A stretch of DNA of 59,970 bases, counting the filler, from Gonapodya sp. JEL0774 (lineage: Eukaryota): NCBI GenBank assembly GCA_027604505.1. It is 9 parts of 9 records of this genome, joined end to end, with 100 filler letters (N's around TTAATTAATTAA, not from the genome) between each part and the next. Parts side by side here need not be neighbours in the genome. Positions count along the whole stretch, not along the records: positions 33,455 to 40,028 come from JADIIX010000579.1; positions 40,129 to 46,691 come from JADIIX010000580.1; positions 46,792 to 53,340 come from JADIIX010000581.1; 6 more parts are not named here. One strand, written 5' to 3'. This document shows, in pieces, positions 37,296 through 50,467 of the stretch. The notes below the pieces were generated by a model, which saw only the letters and a program-made list of their open reading frames with translations, did not search any database and was not told the DNA's origin. The first letter of the stretch is position 1. Every line of letters begins with the position of its first letter. The translations under genes and the position numbers were made by a program.

Positions 37296-37431
37296 GGCAC
37301 CGCCTGTGAGCGAGATTTTGACGGAACGGTGTCTCCACTTTCAGGCCGAGTGTCATGCAATTACCACCCAAAAAACCCCATGCGATTCAAATGCTCTGTA
37401 CAGTTTACTCCTCTGCAATAAGCTCCTGGTC

Positions 37432-39949
37432 TCACTTTTCAATTAACTTGGCCATCCAGTGCTGTTCAAGCTTCAACTCAATCTCAAGTTTGCGCATCGA
37501 CCTATGCAACAATTCGGGCTCAACACCTGCAATTCCAGCACACCGATCCAGGACGAAGAGGTAAGATGAGGGAAGGAACCTTAGAGCAAGGTGCCCTGGA
37601 TAGATTTGATAGTTCGAGCCAGGTGCTATATCTGGTAGCGCTGAGACAAACATGTCATGGAAAAACGGCAAGGCAGTACTGGTGAGAAGTACTGACGATG
37701 AGGGTGTTGTTGGGAAACTCTGATTATCGCTATTGCGGGATCCAGGGAGTAGTTGATTGAATTCCGTGTACGCTTAACGCATTGCAAACAATGTCGGTGT
37801 AAACAAGAGATAGCATTGACCGATGTTTTTCGAATTCAGAATACCTGCGTTCACTTCAGTAGCCATGACATTGTCCGCTAAGAAACGCAAATACTCTGAC
37901 AGATTCCTGTCGACAAACGACTCGAGATCCCTGAGTAGACAGAAGTCGAATGATACCACATGGCGTTTCGCGTGAACTTTTCAAGAGAATCTCACGTTTC
38001 ATCCGGGGGAACGCCAGCTGCATCGAGTTTGCTCTCCCGACCTTCCGTCAAAGCCCACACCCAAGTATGGAACGGACCCATTCGCTCAGAAAGAGAATTA
38101 TTTTGCACATGCCTTTTTTGTGGTATGCAAGGTGAGATGTGGCTTATATTAACCTGATAGAGAACGAACTATTCACCGTCCTTGGTCATCCAAACCGTAC
38201 ACCATCTTGAGCAGTATCGCAAAGGCAGCGAGAAGGGTGACCTCGGGATAACTTCTGCGGTCGACGATAGTGACATGAAAGGATCCATTATAGCCCAGTA
38301 CGTCAAGCAAGCCGCGCAACGGGAGGTAGAATTCGGCTAACGGCGGTAAAATATGTAGAATACCGAGAAATCAACATGTTATCTCAAGAGAAACCATTTG
38401 AGCATGCCTCACGCGGCAAAAGTAAATCCTCCATAATGCGAAAAGTTATGATCGGATAGTTGAGGGGTGGAAACTCGATTCCGTGAGCAGTGTTAAGGCG
38501 GAGGCGCACCGCGGAAGAGCGGAGGTAAAGCTCCTCCACAGATGGTATAGCCTTTCGCACGTGCGAGCAAAATGGTTATCATACTATGATATGGGTAACC
38601 AGGCAGTGCGTACGAACTCACTCGAGGCCTCAAAAAGATATGCGCAGATCCCCAGAGAAGATCACGTAGCCCCGATGGTAGGACGGTATCGATCGCATTA
38701 ACGTACGGGAGTCGACCTGAAGCGATCCATCTAAGGCAGCAGTCGAGGGTCAAGCAGCATAACCGTGAGAACTTCAGAAAAAACCTCGAGACCATCATTC
38801 CTGTCATTTATATTTCCCACCTCTGTAAATCCTTAATCATCACCGGTAGTCGGAGCCAAAGGCATCCCAGATAGCACATCGAGACAGTCAAGGCCAGGTG
38901 CAAGCGGTTGAGCAGTCGGTGTGTCTTCAGGTTAGCTTTCTCTTCACGTTCCGCAAGCTCGGGGGACATTTCGGGCTTCTCTTCCGCCCCCCACATTTTG
39001 TTCTTCCGCCCATCGCCAATTTCATCATCGACTTCGTCATCCGATTCCTTAAGAATAGGATCGTCCAAATCGTCCTGCTCACCCTCCATTCCATCTTCCG
39101 AGCCATCTTCCTCGAATTCCAGGCTTTCATGCTCCTCAGACTGCATTCCTCGCGCTTCATTTGAGGATATCCCCGTTGCTTGAGGGCTGACGTTGATGTA
39201 GAGGAGCCAGAGGTCACGGACGATGGTCTAAATAGAAGAAGTTTCTGAGTGAATACAAATATTTCGAGAATTCGCCGGATACGCGAAACATGCATGCAAA
39301 TCACTGGGCAATCCCATTTTCTCGACGAGAACCTTGAGTTGCGCTTTTAGTATGAGCTGGAGTGCTTCAAGTTGATGGAAGGCGATCTGCCCAGTGCTCA
39401 TGACTAATTACATCGGCAAGAGTGAGAAGCGTGTCAAATCGGCACGATGGACAAAGAGAGTATACGAAAAGTCCGGATTGTAAATTCTCACATGCTTTGT
39501 ATGTCAGCTTTTGCCCCATCCGTCTCTTGACCCCAGTAGGTCGCCGTAGTCTTTGCGAGCCAGAGGGAAGCATTTCTTCACCTGAGAGAATGTAATTCAG
39601 CCAAAAGGGAAAATTTGAAGACAATGAGTGCAGAGATACGATGTGAATCACCTTCTTCCATTCGAAAGTCATCCATCGTTTGGCCGCACATTCTGATCCA
39701 CCGACCGCACACAGTTCCCCGAGAATAAGGGCATCGTGAAAATCATGTGTAGAGGACGGAGGACCCTGTCAGCTCATGTGGAAATGACAGCTAAACGATT
39801 GGAGCTGGGATCGACCCACACCTGCATACAAAAGTCGCCGATGAGGAATCGAAGCGGAAAGATGTGGAGCGGCATTTCAGACATGTTGGGCGGCGAGATT
39901 GAGACTGTGATTGCGACAATGGCCGTGCCGTCTGTGAGGACAAAGACAT
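37432..39949 (-). CDS. RRN7: RNA polymerase I initiation factor Rrn7/TAF1B-like, multi-exon
   Basis: N-terminal zinc-ribbon-like CLKCRSTSF...FVC, LQLILKAQLKVL, and CYLGCLWLRLPVMIKDLQR/WIASGRLPY. 3' end approximate. Confidence 0.75.
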
Positions 39950-40128
39950 GAGCGGGGTTCGATTTTCAAGTGCAGAATGTAATTCTTGAGGAATCAAAAC
40001 TTTGCGAATCAAATGCTAAATCTACTTCNNNNNNNNNNNNNNNNNNNNNNNNNNNNNNNNNNNNNNNNNNNNTTAATTAATTAANNNNNNNNNNNNNNNN
40101 NNNNNNNNNNNNNNNNNNNNNNNNNNNN

Positions 40129-41078
40129 AACGCTGTGTTGGAGCACGGATCCTCTATTGGCACCGACCGCACGGTTCCCCAGTTGTCCCCCATGGCGCAG
40201 TACGAGGCTGTGAAGAGCTTCGTGTTGGCAAACGGTCACAGGATAGGAGAACGGACGATGATGGCGTTATGGGCGGAAGTGAGGTTTGGCGGATTGAGAT
40301 TCGGAGAGCTGGAAAGGGTGATGAGGGAAGGCGTCGCGCCGACCCCGAATGTGATCGACGCGATGCTGGCAATGTAAGTTGTTGAAGTTTTGCGTTTTTG
40401 AGCAGCCTTGTCATTTACCGAGGATATCCGACTTTCAGGACTAAAAAGAGTCCCAGTGATTCATCCCTCGCGTCCACACTCAATTCTTCGTCGTCAACCG
40501 CTGCACTTCAGCAGCAGACCCTTGGCGCATCGTCGTCATCCACCGCGTCTCTCCGTGTTCCCTCCTATGATCCAAAAATGATGTCTAGCTACTCCTCCGG
40601 TCATTCTCAATCAGGGCACTCTCCTGGTCGTGCTCCGGGTTCTACATCTGATAGCCGAGCTGTGTCCCCAGTACCTCCTCCCAGCAACCCCCCCACTGTT
40701 CCCTCCTCGCCCGAACATAGTGTAACGAGCTCGACGGACAATGGTCACGGCCGTCCGCGTGTGCGTCGCTCAATCTCACTCACTGACCTTCGTAGCGCTG
40801 CAATCGCTGCTTCTGCCGCGCCAGCGCCTGCCGCATATGGTCGAGATGGACGGCCTCTTCCAGATACTCACGGAGTATCTGACGCCGGCTATGGGTCGAG
40901 TACCGAGAACGTTCCCAGAAATTTCGCGCCTGCATCCGCGACGTATAGTGCTCAAACGCATTCGACCTGGGGCGCTCGGACTGCACCTGGTGCACCTACG
41001 GAATTCCAGGGTAGCAAAGGCAAAAGGAGTGTGGAAAATCTGATGGCTTCCTGGGGAGCGGCTGGGAAGGCCATCTGA
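40129..41078 (+). CDS. 3' part of a protein with a BACK-like helical domain and Ser/Pro-rich tail
   Basis: QYEAVKSFV...LWAEVRFGGLRFGELE, then a GTAAGT intron and a long Ser-rich exon ending at 41078. Confidence 0.55.
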
Positions 41079-41399
41079 TGCTTTGCTCTCGATGTTGGGT
41101 GGACTGGACACTTTGTGTGATATGCGTACTCAGTTGGAATGTTTTGACAAACGTTTTCCGTCCGAACATGACATCTTGTAACCTTTGGATCTAGACGGTT
41201 ATCGTTGATACCAGGTTTTGCTTGTACAATTTTAGCGCTCGACGTGTTGTAGAGAATGGTGTACGTAGTAGTTGGAAGTATTGTAGTGTGAGGATCGGAA
41301 CTACATGGAACCCTTTTGTAAAAACCTCATTGAAACCCGGAATTGAGAATTCACGTCACACTGAATGTAGTATGTGTTGTTTACTGATCGTGTGAAGTA

Positions 41400-42480
41400 C
41401 CACACTCGTTGAGACCAAATCCGGGTACTTCAGACGCAGTCACGTCAGTGGCGACCCTTTCCCTATTCAGACACCACTGCCTCCAATTCAGCCGAACGTG
41501 TTCACACAACTTTCATTTCTTCTGGCAGTGGCTCGCTTCCACCCAAATTGATATCTGGCCACTCTTCCCTCATTTTACACCAAGCATATTCGGGAGCCAG
41601 ATCAGTGACTGAATCCCAACGGAAATACAATTTTACAGGTGCCTCTTGCTTTTTCATCATTGAGTCAATCGTAAACTTGTCCGGTCCATCCGGCAACAAG
41701 CATCCTGTCGTACCGGCAAAACTCCATGCCCGAAGGCTGGGAAGACAGAAAAGAAGGGAGATAGGCACGGTAAGGGGCATCGCATCAAAGTTTTCAAAGC
41801 GAGAAACTCGAGGTTGGGGCAGTTTGTAATGATTTTGGATACTTTTGCCGATGTGATGTGCTCGGTTTCCTCCTTATACTCAGAGATCAAATCCAAGGAG
41901 TTGGCGTCCGAAAGCACCAAGAACAATTACAACATCGCTTTCAGGGAGTCGAGAGCCTCTCAAAGGAATATTGCGGAGATTTGGCGTAAGTGATAGATCC
42001 ATGAACGGAATGTTGTCGGCTGATTCGAGTCACCGGTCACAAGACAGTCCAAAGATCCTGCGACGCTGGTTGTTTGAAGAGCTTGCTGGTGAGTTGAGAA
42101 TTATCGGAGGGACTTTGGAAGACTCTTCGCTGAGGGTCTCTGGAAGATTTGTCCGCGGATCCTATGGTCACGTGCAAACGCTGGAGATTCACACACTTTG
42201 GGAGTAAGTGCGCCAAAAGCCCATCATGATCATTGGGAGCACCGTGAATCTCGATCTCTCTGACAGCGTCTGGTGTCTGTGTCACAGCGTTATAAAACAC
42301 AAAGAGCATTTCGCTCGAAGGATCAATGAGGTGCCAGACAGTCACTGACGCGAGAGGATATGTGACGGAAAGACAGATGGATTTGGTTAAACGGCTCTGT
42401 CGATTTAAAATGATAGAGGTGCACGACTGACGTACGAATCAGACTCCTGCGGAATCTTGTCGATCAGTTGTCGGAAAGTC
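41400..42480 (-). pseudogene. Degenerate F-box/LRR (RNI-like) sequence
   Basis: LIDKIPQE, LLPKCVNLQRLHV and IITNCPNLEFLAL fragments separated by stops and frame changes. Confidence 0.4.
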
Positions 42481-43406
42481 GTCAGTCACTTGATGCCTTG
42501 CGAAGAATCATCGATTTTCCATGTCCTTCAAAGTGCTCTAAAAGAGGCTTGATGCCACCGTTTGCTGTTTTGTTATTTTTGAGGAGCCATTGTCGTACTG
42601 TCGGGGAGTAACGATGGCATTCACACCCACGAGACATGAGCACCAAAAGCAAGATCTTAATTCGACCAGTAGGATACTATTGCCCCTAGTAGCTCGGTTG
42701 TTGAGAGAACACAGTGTCCTGGAGATCTCGTGGCGTTTATCGGTGCTTCTGTCGGAGACTTGCCATCGACCATGGACATCGGGACAGTGGGCGCCGGCTC
42801 TCCCGCACGAACAGTCGTTCTCGATTTGGATAGGAGCTATGTGACGGCGTTCAATGTTTGACACTCGTCATGAGTGACGTGTGGGATCGGTTGTTCTCAC
42901 CGTGATATTGGCATGTTCGATCCGATGACGACAGCTCATGAGCAACCGAGGACCAGCAACGACGGGTCACGGGAATTGATTTGCAGTTACTTGTAGCTTT
43001 CAGATCTGGTCCCGTGGAAAGTGTTGTTGGACCTTCCGGGTGAAAGCTGAAATCACAATGGGCTGACGTCTTGGCCGGTGCAGAGTCAAACTTTTGCCAC
43101 AAACCTGGTACCTGAACAAACATCCCGCATGTTCAAGCTCTTCTGACACGGGAACCATTATAAAGTCGGTATGGAGTTGCGCACGTACTCGTACATTCTT
43201 TGCAGTAATAATCTAGGTATCATCACGTCTACAAGCAACACGCTATCAAAGGGCATGCTCGCACTCGCGTGGGGGTACTTCCATGAAACACAATATCACC
43301 AATCAGCAGTCCTCTGACTCCAACGTCTTGTTTCCTTTCCGATTATGTCCACGAAAAAACATTATCGATCCCTCCCGGACCACATCACGCTTCCACGCAG
43401 AGTGGT

Positions 43407-45659
43407 CTATTCATCGTCCTCCCCACTGCTTATAGCACCCGTCGGGCTGTTCGGCGGGATGAAAAACACCGTCGGCTCTGGATCCCAGCTCACCGACTTC
43501 CTCCTGTTTCCCTGCCCCGGTCCCGCACTCCTGCTCCTCCCCACCGCGCTAAATGTCGCCGTGGTGGCGGTCGAGGTGGTGCGCGAATGACCTGGTCCAA
43601 GCGTGACGGATGTCGCTGGGGAGGAATTGTTGATGGACGATGTACTGGGCGTGCGGCCCCGCGCCGCAAGGGAGGGAGGACTCTTATCCAACGCTTCACT
43701 GTCCGAGTAGGCGGAGTCCTGAGTGTTGGCGAGGGTGCCGGGAAGCATCGTCGGATTTGTTGGAACGCCAACTCTGTCAGGTTTGAGACAGATCCATTAG
43801 CCTTCGTGTCACAAAGTACCTTTTGGGTAACACATGCTTCACAACTCACCTTTCGAGAAGCACTCCAATCAAACTCCCGATCGGCGCTCCCAAATCTGCC
43901 GCTCCTTCCAGCTCCTCGACTGTCAAATCTTCAAACCTCACCTTCCTCCACATGTCCTCCGGCTCTCTCTCCCCCAAGGCCGGTCCATGTCGCTGAATAT
44001 ACGCTGCCACTGCCCGATACGCGTGCTGCGCGGACCACAAGGGTCTTTGCGGGTCGGAAGTAGCGAACCCGAGTAGGGCAGTGAAAAAGGCCGGGGATAA
44101 AGATGTGATGGCGTCCAGGTTATAGGAATGGGTCCCCATGGGGGATTGCGGACCGCTAAGGAAGGACGATGCGAGCATGTCGAGAGCTTGAAAGTCACCC
44201 GATGTGGAGTTCGTCGTGGAGAGTGACGTGGCGTCGGCGGAGGTCGAGAGAGACGTAGCCGAAGAGTATGCGAGAGCATCAGACGGAGTGGGCACGGGAA
44301 CAGACCGCTTCGAAGTCCGCGTTGGTGAGGCTTGTGCAGGAGAACTGGGTTGACTATAGCTCGGCGTGCGTTGCGGTGAGGCTCGGCCCGGTACGGATGG
44401 CCGGGGAGGCGTCGCGGCGGGGTAGGTAGGGATTTGGATAGAGATAGGCGAAGGGGCGATGGTGGATAGATGTCCAGGATCGGTGGCGGCCAGAGGGTAG
44501 GTGGCCTGTGAAAATGGTTGACGACCAGGCATACATCAGCCGTCATCTCGACCTCAAAGTCTCTGTCGGCCCATGCGATTGGGACATTCGCTTCCATACA
44601 TATTTGATCAATCAAGCGCGAATCGTGCTCGAATTGACGGTCCACACTAAGAAGCATACCAGCAATAGGAGACGCCACATTTTCCACCGCTGTCATGGGC
44701 AGTCTCGAATAGCAGCCGAAAACGGACATCCGCACCATACGAAGCCAATACTCCCACAGATATCCACCACAACTAACTGCCACCTGAACCACTTGGACTC
44801 ACTGTTCTCGAAAACAACTTTGTCCTGGGATCCGGCGCGCTTGCAACCGTCGCTTGTGCTTGCACATGAGCTTGCACTGCCTGTGCGTACAGAGCCGCCC
44901 TTTGCATATCTGACGACACCCGGTACAACTCTCGAGACTCTCTGGATCGCGATTCTATGGAGGTGTGAGAACCCGTTCGCTTGTGTGAGGACGGGGCCGC
45001 TTCGGGAGGTCCTAGGTATCCCGCGGAGCTGTGCTCCAGATCAGATCCTGCATGGTCGGAGTCGACGAGTGTATGGTCAGAGACGCTAGGATCATCTGGG
45101 GACGGGAGGAGTGTGGGAGATTCGCCGCCAGAGGGAGGTCCCGGTGGAGGCAGTGGGTCTGCCGTAGATGATCGTAGGGGTGATGAATGAACTGGTGCCG
45201 GTGCTGCCCCTACATTGTAGGTGGGGTGAAAAGGCAAGGGGTTCGAGTGAATCCTTCATATGAGAGTTCCGATTTTGCCCCAGCGGAGGCTCCTTCCGCG
45301 TCCAGAACAGCGGTGAAAAACCTCGATCGCAGCTATCACGCACCTTTCTGGGGTCTTAAAAAAGATGCCAGCTTCTTGAATCCAGCTCGCGTCCTGGCGG
45401 GCGCTGGGGAGTCCTGTGTGCTCTCGATTGGTTGTGGCTGCAACACGGACACTTTTTCTGTCGGCTCCTTTGAGCTGCCACTTCCAAACGCGCCGAACAA
45501 GAACCCCCGTGGTGCCGCTGCGAAGAACGGTCGTGGGCCATCCGAGCTCGCGCGAGAAATCCTCGGCAGGTTCAGATTGCGGGGAGCTGTCGCCTGGCTG
45601 GGATGTCTCGCCTCCTTATCACGTACTGGGGAACCGCTCTGCGAGGACTTTGATTCCAT
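43407..45659 (-). CDS. Multi-exon Ser/Pro-rich protein with BACK-like domain
   Basis: Consecutive minus-strand exon-like ORFs with GTGCGT/GTGAGT donors; AYRAVAAYI...MWRKVRFEDLTVEELE; C-terminal RRKSVSW. Exon boundaries not fully resolved. Confidence 0.55.
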
Positions 45660-47449
45660 GGTGATGTCAACACAGGAAAGCGCGTTCTCGACTGCGCAGA
45701 GAATCAACGCCGATTCCGGTTCGGCTTTTGGGCTGTTTTGAAGGGAGTTTCCTAAATTCGAGGGCGAACCGTGTTCAGTTTCGCCGATCCAAACAAAGAT
45801 TACTGCCGCTTTTTTCTGTACATACCAATTTTTAGTACCCATACATTGCTCATAAGACAAAAATGTAAGCTGCTAAATAGCGGGGAAGTCTTTGATGGGT
45901 CGTGCAGCCAACTTCAGAAGGTGAACTTTGGCTGGTGACTTGGTCCTCCGGAACCTCCAAACAATACACGGACACGGATGCCGGTGAACACCTGCGCTCT
46001 GATGCCTGATTCCGAGGTGCAGCTCCATTTTGACTGATGATGTCACTTTTGTTGTTTTGTTCGTCTCTGATTGAGCTCCTTTGGGAGTCAGGAGCTGCCA
46101 TGTCAAGATCAGTGTTGAACCTTTACTTGTTCTTTGATGTCGTTATTGCTTTTCCGAAAAGGAACCACGTCCACAAGGTGGATTCGTGCTCCGGTGTGCA
46201 CATTACCTGGTAGGGGGGGCAGGAGTGAGGTACATAACGGGGGGCGGTCCATGAATGCGGCCCCCAAGACTAGCACGCACAACGACAGCCCCGCAATCAA
46301 ATTTCGCACCATGAGATCTTTGTTTCCGTGTTACTGTAATACAGCAGTTTACAATGACGGTATAAATTAGCTTATTGGTGATCCGAGAATCACTGCAGGT
46401 AGTTCCAACGATATCGGCTCCACATAAAGTCAAGTCAGTTCACCCACGTCAATCTGTACGGTACTTTGAATCAAACTGTTGTACAACTGATCCAACCATC
46501 GAGAGCCACACAAATCATTGTCCGTATTGAACTTGCCCCAGCTCCACACTGTCCCCCATCTCGGCCAACTCCGCCTTGTTGGCGATGATCATGACGCTTG
46601 GTTTGAGGTTCCAGCTGACCTTTTTGGGCGCACTGGCGCGGCGAAGAAGGCTCGGTTGGGGATTAGAGCCTGAAGCTGAGGGGTGGCGGAANNNNNNNNN
46701 NNNNNNNNNNNNNNNNNNNNNNNNNNNNNNNNNNNTTAATTAATTAANNNNNNNNNNNNNNNNNNNNNNNNNNNNNNNNNNNNNNNNNNNNTGACGCCAA
46801 TCCAATTGTCGCTCCCGGGCTCCTACTCTCGGTTTCTACCACCCAGATGTCAGGAACCGACGACACGACGACGCCCACACCTGTAACAGCAAACTTCTCG
46901 CACAGCGTCGACGAGCTCGAGTTGCTTAAGTCGCCGGGCATGTGGGATGCGAAGCCAGAAGATGATTGAACCGAGACTGGTGAAGTCAATTGATCCCGAG
47001 GCGAAACTGTCGAGTATCAAAGTGTTCTTCGTACAATGAAAGTGCCTTCTACTCTTTCATAACCACAGTGTAATTCCTGGTGCTATCAAATAATACTGAG
47101 GTGTTTGGTTTGTTTGGGAAAACTGGAGGAGGAGTGCACATAAGCGTTGCGCGTCACTTCCCCAGCATAACTCGACACCAGCTATTTGTAGAACGGAATT
47201 CTGGAAACATCGCGTGGGAGGCTCAGGTTGTTTTGTTGGGTTTGCTTGAGTCCAGATTTGTAAAGGAATTACCTTTTCGAAACATGTGCAAGATTTAGAA
47301 ACTTCCAGGAACAACTTCTTTCTTCACATACAACCATTTCAATTATACCAGCATGGATATAAAAACCACAAATCTCGAGCTCTTCCTCTCACCTACTATT
47401 ACGGAATCGCTCTCTCGATCGCCCATCCCTCCATCCCGATCTATTCGAA

Positions 47450-48647
47450 ATGTCTGGCAAAGTCTATCTGGTTACCGGAGCCGGTCGCGGACTGGGCTTA
47501 GAGTTTGTGAAGCAAATTCTCAACAGGTAAGTCAATGATTTAGATAGATTGACTTTCGTGCAATCTATCATCGGACAGCAGCCATTGATGGAACATCCAT
47601 TCTAACGATTCCCCTCAACGAAAACTCAAAACAGATATGTCGACGCAACTGTTATCGCAACTGTTCGCAGCAAGGCCAAAAGCGCTGCCGCAATCGAGGG
47701 AGTTGCGGGGGGAGCCGCGGCGCGGGTCAAGGTACTTTGAACTGCATTCATTTATGAGGCAACCGTTTTGAGGCTACTCGCTCTTTCTCATTATGCTGCT
47801 TTGCTACATCGCATCAAGATCTTTGAAATGGACTCGGACAACGTGGAGACCATCAAAGTGGGTCTTTGATATCGTCGTTGGTGAAACCGCTTTACTGAGT
47901 CTCACCACCTCTTACACTCACTCAGAGTGCTGCCGCAGCGATCGACAAGGAGTTCCCAGCGGGAATTGATATCTTGATAGTAAGCTCACCGGAGAGCAGT
48001 TTCTACGAAGATTTTCCGCTCTCACGCAGGTATTCAACAACTAGAACAACGCCGGAATTATGTTGAACGATGGAAGCGATATTGATGTGTAATTATCACC
48101 TTTTCCGTTTCTCTGTTCTCACATTTGTGCTTAGTGGCCAATTTCTTCCGCAATCGCAACACACAGCCCCGCTCAAAACCTCGAGTCCTCTTTTCGCACC
48201 AACGTTGTTGGGCCCACCCTGGTCACCCAAAACTTTGTTTCGCAGCTTCGCAAGAAACAAACTCGCACTATCATCAACATCACGTCCATCTTGGGTTCCA
48301 ACACTGTCCCACTTCCCTGGCCAAACATAATCTCTTACCGCGTCAGTAAAGCGGCTCTGAACATGGGTGAGTGATTCACGTACGCAGTCCACGGAAGTTA
48401 TGCTGCTTCCTTTGTCTGACCTGAACTGTCTTTCAAAGCTACTGTCACTCTCGCTCGCACTCTCAAACCTGAAGGCTTTACTGTCGTTCCCCTCCACCCG
48501 GGCTGGGTTCAGACCGAACTCGGTGGGAAGAATGCGCAAATCACCCCAGAAGAGAGTATCTCGGGAATGTTGAAGGTTATCGAGGGGCTCAAGATCGAAG
48601 ACAGTGGGAAGTTTTTGCAACACGACGGAACGGGTCTCCCGTGGTAG
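47450..48647 (+). CDS. Short-chain dehydrogenase/reductase (CsgA/sniffer-like), copy 1
   Basis: VTGAGRGLG, NNAG, TNVVGP, YRVSKAALNM, LHPGWVQT and terminal LPW; about 6 introns. Confidence 0.93.
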
Positions 48648-49225
48648 ATTTGCCTAAACTACGACTTGATTTTGATATCACATCAATAAATAGTGTAAAA
48701 CTTTTACTGCTTTGTTTGCCTCCCCAAGCCGCGGTACTGCAGAGGCTTTCGTTTTGAGCTTCACGTTGTAGACCTGTCCCGTAATTGTGGAGCGCAGTAC
48801 ATACTCAACGTCGCTTGGACTGGATAGCCCCAAAGCTTGTGGAGATCAGGAGAAATGTTATGATATTCGCTAATTATTATAAGAGCACTACCCGGCATGA
48901 GCAGCAGTATGTATAACATCGGTTGCCGCCCAATTTGGCAAGACGCCCCACACATCGGTCCACATCATGGAAGATCGCCAACGCTTGTCCCAAGAGAGAC
49001 AAGATGGGGCGGCAATACTTTTTGTTTCCTCTGATCATTGTGTTCACTGACGGATTACGAGAATCAAACCACTTCAGGAACAACCCAATCTTCACAAGCC
49101 ATATCTCATAATCATGCCCATAAAAACTCTGCTTCTGAAGCTTTCGCCACTCTCTTCATCAATCGACTTCAAGCGAGTACTCTTTCCATCTCGACCTTAT
49201 CTTCTGAAACATCGCTCAAGACCTG

Positions 49226-50467
49226 ATGTCTGGCAAGGTTTACGTCATCACGGGAGCTGGCCGCGGCCTGGGTCTCGAATTTGTGAGGCAGATTCTCACC
49301 AAGTGAGTCTGTGATCTGTGGGAGCCGGCTCTTGGCTGGGTCTAGGCTGATGGATGGGTTTCATTCACAATCGGACTTTTGCGCCCACTTGGGGACCAAA
49401 CTCATGGGACCTCCAGATACGATGACGCAACTGTTATTGCAACTGTTCGCAATAAGTCCAAGAGTGTGGCTGCCATCGAGGCAGCCGCAGCAGGAGCAGG
49501 TGATCGCGTTAAGGTGAGCAAGTGAGACATTCGGCACCCGCATTCCTAGAGTCGACGATGAGTTACAAGGCTCTTTCCTTTGGCTTCATTCAATCTATGT
49601 ACTATCTCGCAACAAGATCTTTGAAATGGACTCCGATCACGCGGATACCATCAAGGTGATTAAGCCGATTTAAGTGTATCAAGTAGGCGGGTCTCGCTCT
49701 AACACTCATCCCTCATTCTTGCAAGGCGGCAGCAGCTGCGATCGAGAAAGAGTTTCCGGCTGGAATTGATGTCCTGATTGTAAGACCCACTTGCAAATGT
49801 CGCCTGCCGGCGAGGTCGATGGATGTCCGCTCACTACCTCCTCTGCACCTTAACACCATCAGAACAACGCCGGAATCATTCTCAATGATAGAAGCGATGT
49901 TGAAGTGTGAGTGGAATGGCTGTTGTTCCTCATCTTCACTGAATACGGCTCAATAAGCAAAATCAAACAGTTCCGCCGAAAACCTCGAATCCACATTCCG
50001 CACCAATGTAGTTGGTCCCGCTTTGGTCACCCAGAACTTTATCTCACAACTCCGCAAAAAGCAAACACGGACCATTATCAACATTACCTCCGTACTGGGC
50101 TCAAACACGGTCCCACTGCCGTGGCCTAATATCATCTCGTACCGTGTCAGCAAAGCTGCACTGAATATGGGTGAGCACCTCCTTCCTCGAGTGCACGAGC
50201 TTAGGGTTCTATACCTGCACGTCAGACCGTTGACTAATCCGACCGACATACACCTAAGCGACCACCACTCTCGCTCGTTCACTCCGCCCAGAGGGCTTCA
50301 CCGTCATTCCCATCCACCCTGGCTACGTACAAACGGATATGGGTGGACCCAACGCGCACATTACGCCCTCACAAAGTATCTCCGGGATGTTAAAAGTGAT
50401 GGAGGGACTCACCCTAGAGGATTCGGGAAAGTTCTTGCAGTGGGATGGGACCACCCTTCCGTGGTAG
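49226..50467 (+). CDS. Short-chain dehydrogenase/reductase (CsgA/sniffer-like), copy 2
   Basis: ITGAGRGLG, NNAG, YRVSKAALNM, IHPGYVQTDMGG and LPW; same intron positions as copy 1. Confidence 0.93.

Noticed and set aside
46433..47040. Minus-strand ORFs on both sides of the 46692-46791 spacer looking like one gene
   Set aside because: They are on different contigs, so adjacency is artificial.
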